From Octopus sinensis (Eukaryota), in contig NC_043003.1 of the NCBI RefSeq assembly GCF_006345805.1, positions 85,746,001 to 85,810,000 of the forward strand: 64,000 nt of DNA. The letters run 5' to 3'. Both the position numbers and the translations under genes were made by a program. Positions within the stretch are counted from its first letter, which is position 1. Each line of letters opens with the position of its first letter. Positions 55,863-64,000 of the stretch are shown in pieces. The notes beneath the pieces were generated by a model. The model was not told the origin of the DNA and searched no databases. It saw nothing but the letters and a program-made list of their open reading frames with translations.

Positions 55863-58800
55863 CGATATGCATGTCATCTGCACATAACAATCTAGGCTTC
55901 TTCAGTAGTACACAGACCAAAGGAAACAGTGTGGTTTCTCATCGTTTTTAACATAAAACAGAATTAAAATCCTTGAAATCATTACAATATTCTCTGCAAT
56001 ATTTGATGATTCCTCATAGCGATATTAAACATAACAATAGCCAAATAGCATTTCAAAGACCAGCCTAACCATGCCAGTTCTTAGAAGATTTGAGTTGTAT
56101 CAAGTGGTTTTTTTTCTTTCTTATTCCTGTCTATTATAGGTGAATAACAGTACTGACTTCATGGAACTGATAAATTTCTTTTGAAACGTTCATGCATTGT
56201 TCTATGCTATTAGCATTGTCGGTGAATTGAAATGCCTTCCAAACAGTCGAACCGAAATGAAATCTCAAACATATTCGCCAGGAAATGGATTCCACTTAAT
56301 AACACTTACTACACACATGTAATGGGCTTGGTTTTATGTAAGGACTTATGATGTTTTAACGGTCAGAAGGTAGCTGAGACAATAGGATCCGGGACTGAAT
56401 GCAACATATTACTTAGTTTAATTTTATTCCAATTTCAGGTTCAAACACTATCAATGTATTTTTGTTTTCTTTTCTTTTCTGGGTCGATAAAATGAACATT
56501 TTTAATATAATTGAATCAATCAAATTCACCGTCACCTATCTCGGATTTAGTAGAACAAAACTAGCCAACACATTTGACGGTCAGTAATAGTTTTGTCAGA
56601 TAAGTGGAAGAGCGTAGGTGCCTAATCTAGAAGAAGGACATAATCAGCTGGATGTACTTGAGTATATTAATGGATCTTATTTGAAAAATAATAGTCAAGG
56701 GCAACCTCAGTTAGACTTGATTTTAAAAGAAATAGCAAAAAGGAACAGAATCGTTACTCGAAATCAATGGTTTGCAGTAAAATAATTGAAGTGGTATATC
56801 TTGTCTTGAATTGATTTGATTAACAACAGTTTATATGATTTGAAGTTTTAGTCTAAATATGGCAAGAAATTAATGTTGTATTTTTTGTTTTACTTGTAAA
56901 ATGCGGAGACAGGGGCATTGTGCATGATCTTTGCAAACTTTCTGAGATCAATGAGAGTGATGTCGTTAATGTTCCGTTTAAACTGCTGAAGGTCAACATC
57001 TGGAGAAAAATAGTGTCTGGCGTTTATCAGAAACGCCAGACACAATTAATAAGAGAAAAAAAGACAAAGAAAATAAACGAGAGAGAGAGAGGGAGAATTT
57101 CATATGCCTCTTTGTGTGGTCATCCAGAACATCATATCATAGAAGTCGAAATACAATTTATTGCTTTACGTCTGATACCACCAATCATTTAAATATATGT
57201 CCGTTTATATTCGTCGCCAGTCAGACGCTTGCAATTTAGCTGAATCGCACCAACTAATGAACTGAGACCGAGAGCCTATTTCACTTATAACTTACCGATG
57301 TACAATCCTAATTCGGATGCTTAATAAAAATGACGAAAATCATTATACTGACTTACGCACCAGTTGCAAAATTCCCACCAACGAAATTGATAATCAATAA
57401 CTACTGGATTAGATCGGTTAGCCTATTTCAAATAAGTTGCGAAATTTAATTTGAGACTATGACGTTTGATAAAATTACGTTTGGTAATATTCGGTATATT
57501 TTAGGGCTGATAGTTAATGGCATTTTGCTTTTACTTAAAGGCAATCAAATGGGAAAAAATACGAGGAATCAAATAAAACAGAATCAAAGACGCGTTTTAT
57601 ACACAAGTCGTTGTATATGCCGGTATGTATAGTATTTTACTTAGTGACCGTTGCTGCTTCATTTCCTTTACGTGAATAGCTAATGCAAAAAGTTAATCGT
57701 TTCTGTAGAAGGTGAAGAAGAAAACTGAATCAATCTCACATGTTATTAGTACTTTGTTTTATTATTAACTATGGAAAAATTCAACATTGATAGGAATTAA
57801 ACTCTGTAAACTGAGTCATCAAACTCAGAACATATTTTTTATATTGTAACAACATCTCTGACATAGAACAAGTAATGGTGATTTTTATCATTTAGACACA
57901 AATTCAGCAAGTTTGAAGAGAAGGATTAAAGTTTGTTTCCATCGACCTAGTAACTGATTGGTACTTTGTTTTATCGACTCAGAAGTAAAGAATCGGAACT
58001 AATTCTGCCCCCAATTTTTCCGATGCATTAACGATTCTGTCAATCTAGGACCCTCAGAAGAAGTGGCATTGAGAAATAAATACTTTCGTATTTTTCCAAG
58101 CGTATTAACAGCGTGAATAATGCAAAATGACTTCAAGTAGAAGTTAAAACAGGGCTACTATCTAGATTTATTGGGAAAAAAAATTTTAAAACCCTCTTTC
58201 ATACAAACCAATAAGGGACTCTCTATGAAACTGATCAACCTGGTAGAAAAATAAGAAAAAATCTCTCAAATTACATGTAAATTTTAAAAAAGGGTATAAG
58301 TAATGGAAAATCTAGTCGTAAAAAGCTGGAAAAATAATTATAATGGTTATGATTTGAATCATAAGTCTTTGATTATAAATTTTCTCGTACAGAACATCTC
58401 TCCACTATGACACATCTTAATTAAATAAATATTGATTTCCTTTGGTGACCTCACCAAAAATTTTTTATATATTTACAAGGGAGTATTGTGAAATAGAATC
58501 GTGGCCAGTTCACGAACGTGGTTCACTGGGTTCTTCTGTTAATCATTACAAAGCAATCACCCAACTTCCTGTCGCTTATACAAACGATTTTCAGTAGTAG
58601 CTAATAATCAATGTGGCTAAAATAAGTAAATGGTCTGCGGTGTTAAAGATTTCTGTTTCGTTAGATCAGAATAACTTTGGTGAGTTGCCAGCTCTCAACT
58701 TTCTCAAAACTATCGTAACGAATCAATAAAGTTGGCAGCTTGTGCAGAACATCAACGGTTATAATAGATGAACTCAGTTTTAAAATAAAGCTGAATCTAT

Positions 58801-60839
58801 GCGACGGACATTTAACAGTTGCATTGCTCTTCCGCTGATACAATATCATTTCCTCTACTTTCTTACGATTAAGATGTCGTATGTCTGCATAAGAAATCAT
58901 TATTTCATCAGGGTTTCAGGTGAAAAGCGAAAATTAAAGCAAAGAATAAAAAAGAGCAAAAATTACTAAATATGACAGGGTTCTGGAAACGTGAGAACAT
59001 CCAAAATAAAAGTGAAATATAAGACGTGAATAATATATTTGCTTATTTCTAATCCTTAGCTATGCGGACTTTCTTCTTAATATTGGCTATTTGCCAATAG
59101 AACGACAGTAATGATCTGGTTTAGATATTTAGAGAAACTAGACTATAAGTGAAAAAAATAAATAAAAGCAACTAAACAACTACAGAACTGGAATAAAAAT
59201 AATTTTTATGAACAAATTCTGGTATGGAAATAAATAAACCAGCTTAAACAGCGAAGAAATCCTGCCGAGAGAAACAAAGATATCATTTATCTATTTCAAG
59301 GGTGACGTATACAGTATCGTTCCGGAAACCAATTCTGAATATCAGAATATTTAAGGCTTTAAAACTATCGAAGTCAACCACGTTGTTCTAAAACCGATAA
59401 AAAAACAAAGAAGAATATAATAACAGTAATCTGTGGAGCTTATTCAATTTGGTGCCTTCTCTCGAATTACAAAATTATTGGTATTGTGTCTGAATGAAAA
59501 ATCGCCAGTACTTTAAAGTTGGTATGAATGTGTCGTTAAGAAGTTAGCTTCGCATTCACCAGCATCGAAGCTCGATCATATTGTACAGCAACGTGCAAAA
59601 GTGCAAAAGGGGTTTTCTTGCTTTGTCTGGAATTCACCCAATGCGACACCATGCATGGTAACTTTTCATAAATAGATGATGTGCACACACACGCGCGCTC
59701 ACACACAAACAACACACACATACGCACATTTAAATATGATAAAGCTGCGATAAATACGCAGGAGAGTAAATGCATTTCTTCTATGCTTTCGATGCGCTGG
59801 AAAAAAAAGGGATCTTTTAGCTTTGACCGGTAGATTTTTAAAATAATTTCTTTGCAACTAAACACTTTTAAATTTTGTATACTGGTAGTGTGTTACATAA
59901 AACATCTTTTTCTCTTGGCTTTCTTGAGAAATTCTGTAGTTTGTAAGCTATTTGTTGTTTAATTTCTTGCATTTCGGCAATTTCAACCAATCAATGAAAA
60001 GTGAAAAGATCCCAAAAAAGAAAAAAAGGATAAGAACATTCTTAAGGTCCGTTTCAGTACTTCTGGCACATGCTGTGCATAAAATATGTATAGCTTGGTT
60101 AATGACGAATCATTCAAAGCACAAATATATAGAGTAAACTACCCCACAACGCGATATATAGCAGTTGTTTATACAATCGATTGGCGAAGGAGATAGATAC
60201 GCCTTCTTTGAGAGGCGATCAACAACTCACGAAATGCACACACACACACACACACACATACACACACACACATACACACAAACAAGCACATACAAACACA
60301 CACACACACTCACAGACTCACAGACACACGCACATACGAAATGATATCAACTGCCCTTAGCGTATTATAGAAGGAACACAAGCAAAGAAACAAACCAACC
60401 GATATTTAGGATGCTACTCGCTATACCACCAGAAACAATGAAAAGGTCACCCTACGAAAGCATCATTTAACAATTCAGTCAATAAACCTCAACAGCTGAT
60501 GGCTATTGTGGCAGTGCCAGATCACCCGTAGAGAATTCATTGAAGAGAGTCATGCGTTAAATGAGATCAAACAAAAGGATCCTTGATATTTATTTGCTGA
60601 AGGAATAGTAAAATAAGCCCAACATCACCAAACACTACCATCCTCATATAACCACCATTCCTTCCTGTTTCCCCCCCTCTCCACCAAACACACAGAGAAG
60701 TACCCACATAACTCAGTCAACCTTCCACTGGTCAAAAGGGATAAACATCCCTCCGTTGTACGTCTATTAATGTTATATCCCCTGAAGAAATGAATCCATG
60801 AAGATGATCGACCTGATGCCCATGGATACTTTAAAAGAC

Positions 60840-61152
60840 TCCGCCGGTTACGACGACGAGGGTCCCAGCTGATACGATCAACGGAACAGCTTGCTCGTGA
60901 AATTAACGTGCAAATGGCTGAGCATTCCACAGACACGTGTACCCTTAACGTAGTTCTCGGGGATAATCAGCGTGACACAGAGAGTGACAAGGCTGACCCT
61001 TTGAAATACAAGTACAACTCATTTTTGCCAGCTGAGTGGACTGGAGCAACGTGAAATAAAGTGTCTTGCTCAAGGACACAACGCGTCGCCGGGAATCGAA
61101 CTCACAACCTTACGATCATGAGCCGAATGCCCTAACCACTAAGCCACGCGCC
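60840..61152 (-). mobile_element. tRNA-derived SINE (family E)
   Basis: Head gcgcgtggcttagtggttaggg; central gtgtccttgagcaagacactttatttcacgttgctcc; D-type tail. Confidence 0.8.
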
Positions 61153-61278
61153 CTCACCCATGGATACTATGGACTGCACTGTAATCATCCCAGGAATACT
61201 GACTGTGATCTTTAGAGACATGTGATTTGTGGAAACGCGCGTTGCGATGCATTAAATGTTTCTAAATTCTATCCAAGG

Positions 61279-61321
<43 letters not shown>

Positions 61322-61362
61322 GTATTATATTTATCCTATATATATGTATATATATGTATACA

Positions 61363-61428
<66 letters not shown>

Positions 61429-61442
61429 ATATATATATATTC

Positions 61443-61574
61443 AGTAGTACTTCGGTTTTCGAAAAACTCTGATCACGAATAAATTGTGTTTAATATATCT
61501 CTATATCAATATAAATATATGTATAAAGCACGATTTATTCGTGATCTGAGTTGTTCGAAAACTGAGGTACTACT
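61443..61574. repeat. Diverged (TA)n-flanked hairpin
   Basis: AGTAGTACTTCGGTTTTCGAA...TCACGAATAAAT pairs with ATTTATTCGTGA...TTCGAAAACTGAGGTACTACT. Confidence 0.7.
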
Positions 61575-61675
61575 CTATATATATATATATATTATATATA
61601 TATATATATATATACATATGTATGTCTCCCTTTCTTTCTCTCACTGTCCATACATCTTACATACAATGGTTTCAA

Positions 61676-61878
61676 ATTTTGGCACAATGCCCGAAATTTC
61701 GAGGGCGAGGCTAAGTCGATTACATCAACCCCAATGCTCAACAGTTAATTATTTTATCGACACCAAAAGGATAAAAGGCAAAGTCAACCGCAGCAGAACT
61801 TGAACTCAGGTCGTGCTGACGGACGAAATGTCACTAAGCATTTTTCTCTGCGTGCTAACGATTCTGCCAGCTCGCTGT
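61676..61878 (-). mobile_element. SINE family A (diverged)
   Basis: Reverse complement of the gagctggcagaatcgttagcacgc head and tcgataaaataa core. Confidence 0.7.
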
Positions 61879-61959
61879 CTTATATCTTACATCTAATAAA
61901 GCGCAATGTGTCTAATCGGTCACGCTGGTAGACAGAGACTAAAAGTACAAATAGAGTGA

Positions 61960-62347
61960 TAGTGAGAGATAGTCAGAGGCTATACGTCCCCTGCCAAATT
62001 CAAGATCACAACATACATGTACACTGCAACATAATTTCTTTTCCTCAACAGGCCCTGCCCTATTTAACATTGTCCCGAGGGAGATCAAAGAGGAAAAGGA
62101 TCCCATCAACTTCAAACAGAGTCTGGATAGATTCCTTCAAAGAATACCAGACAAGCCACCCATAATTGGATACAACTCACCCAACAAGAACTCACTACTT
62201 GAACAAAACTGGATACAACTCACCCAACAAGAACTCACTACTTGAACAAAACTTGACTTAAACAGGATTCGAGTAATCCTATCAGGTGGTGCTATTAAGT
62301 TAGACATGGCCTGGACCAATCTCTGGTCGAAACATATCTAAGTTTTA
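61960..62347 (+). mobile_element. 3' end of a second CR1/Jockey-like LINE
   Basis: GPALFNIVPREIKEE...FKQSLDRFLQRIPDKP...NSLLE; an internal ~40-bp tandem duplication; (TAAGTTTTATC)2 tail. Confidence 0.75.
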
Positions 62348-62494
62348 TCTAAGTTTTATATATATATGTGTGTGTGTGTGTGTGTCTGTGTTTGTCCCCC
62401 TAGCATTGCTTGACAACCGATGCTGATGTGTTTACGTCCCCGTCACTTAGCGGTTCGGCAAAAAGAGACCGATATAATAAGTACTGGGCTTACA

Positions 62495-62647
62495 AAGAAT
62501 AAGTCCCGGGGTCGATTTGCTCGACTAAAGGCGGTGCTCCAGCATGGCCGCAGTCAAATGACTGAAACAATTAAAAGAGTAAAAGAGTATATGTATGTAT
62601 GTGTGTGTGTGCGCGCGCATACATATGTATATTATGTTTATATGTTT

Positions 62648-62692
<45 letters not shown>

Positions 62693-62844
62693 CAAACATA
62701 TAAACATAATATACATATGTATGCGCGCACACACACACATACATACATATACTCTTTTACTCTTTTAATTGTTTCAGTCATTTGACTGCGGCCATGCTGG
62801 AGCACCGCCTTTAGTCGAGCAAATCGACCCCGGGACTTATTCTT
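62495..62844. repeat. Near-perfect palindrome centred on (TA)n; the left arm is a SINE-B tail (62385-62590)
   Basis: 62495-62660 is mirrored at 62685-62844. Confidence 0.85.
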
Positions 62845-63080
62845 GCGTGTGGTGTAAACCAGACTAAGAAAAGCATTTGACACACACACCAGAATGTGAG
62901 TTTTCTGTAAATTTTGCTTAATTGGAGTTTAAATTTTAAAAACTGGACCTGGCATGACGCGATGCATTGTACTCTTAAAAATGCTAGGTAAATTGTAATT
63001 GAAGAAATCCTATATTGTAGATTTGTATAACTCCCAAAGGGAGGCAGATAAAATCTGCCTTTTATAATAAGATATATATA

Positions 63081-63111
<31 letters not shown>

Positions 63112-63112
63112 A

Positions 63113-63197
<85 letters not shown>

Positions 63198-63421
63198 TAT
63201 TATAAAAGGCAGATTTTATCTGCCTCCCTTTGGAGTTATACGAATCTACAATATAGGATTTCTTCAATTACAATTTACCTAGCATTTTTAAGAGTACAAT
63301 GCATCGCGTCATGCCAGGTCCAGTTTTTAAAATTTAAACTCCAATTAAGCAAAATTTACAGAAAACGCACATTCTGGTGTGTGTGTCAAATGCTTTTCTT
63401 AGTCTGGTTTACACCACACGC
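62845..63421. repeat. Near-perfect palindrome centred on (TA)n
   Basis: ~225-bp arms 62845-63070 and 63195-63421 with about 3 differences. Confidence 0.88.
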
Positions 63422-63703
63422 AAACGCACACACACAGTGGGCAACGAATAAAATGAAAGTAATTGACTTACTGTAGTGAGTGATTCTTTCACTCTGCCTC
63501 CCACTTCCTCTTTCCACACATAGACACGCAAATATATAAATAAAATTGTAAGCTAACGTGCGTGTGTGTGAGTGGGTGTGTGTGGGTGTGCGCGTGTGTG
63601 TGTGTGTGTGTGAGGGTGCGTGTGTGTGTGTGTGCGTGTGCGTGAGTGTGTGACAGGAAAGTTTTTTACGACGAATATAACACCTATATCCAAGTAGCAG
63701 AAA

Positions 63704-64000
63704 GATAAGACAGTAAGGTGTGATTTGAGGGAGATTTGGCTGCTATTTCTACCATGTCTAGCTGCCATGTAGGGGTCTCCCTCATAGGCTCATACATACA
63801 TATATACTTAGATAAGACAGTAAGGTGTGATTTGGGGGAAATTTGGCTGCTATTTCTACCAGGTCTAGCTGCCATGTAGGGGTCTCTCTCATAGGCTCAT
63901 ACATACATATATACATAGATAAGACAGTAAGGTGTGATTTTGGGGAAATTTGGCTGCTATTTCTACCAGGTCTAGCTACCATGTAGAGGTCCCCCTCATT
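63704..64000 (+). repeat. 107-bp tandem repeat (at least 2.8 copies, runs off the window)
   Basis: GATAAGACAGTAAGGTGTGATTT begins at 63704, 63811 and 63918. Confidence 0.9.

Noticed and set aside
59560-59660. ALGEFQ resembling LGR ECL1
   Set aside because: The surrounding frame has no TM2/TM3 similarity and hits a stop.

Overview
Eukaryotic, very AT- and microsatellite-rich DNA, not prokaryotic. The SINE/LINE repertoire looks like octopus (coleoid cephalopod), a call made from recognising repeat families rather than a search. One host gene is supported: the last two coding exons of a minus-strand type-B LGR (rickets/bursicon-receptor-like GPCR), at 47025-47150 and 31763-33432, separated by a 13.6-kb intron. 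Upstream exons were not found in the window. The rest is transposable-element debris: four Tc1/mariner lineages, CR1/Jockey-like LINE pieces, a young Tx1-like LINE nested in (TATC)n, a Helitron relic, a DINE/HINE-like element and many modular tRNA-derived SINEs. The most unusual signal is a set of short non-coding elements embedded in (TA)n tracts. Several carry complete type I hammerhead ribozymes: 277-381 and 870-974 (tandem, 593-nt period), 17544-17630, and 48039-48118/49062-49140, plus minimal or decayed ones. Many share a fold-back layout: (TA)n, short inverted arm, small loop, long arm, (TA)n. This resembles Penelope-like pseudo-LTRs or retrozymes, but no Penelope RT/GIY-YIG ORF is visible. 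Most ORFs in the supplied track are microsatellite translations.
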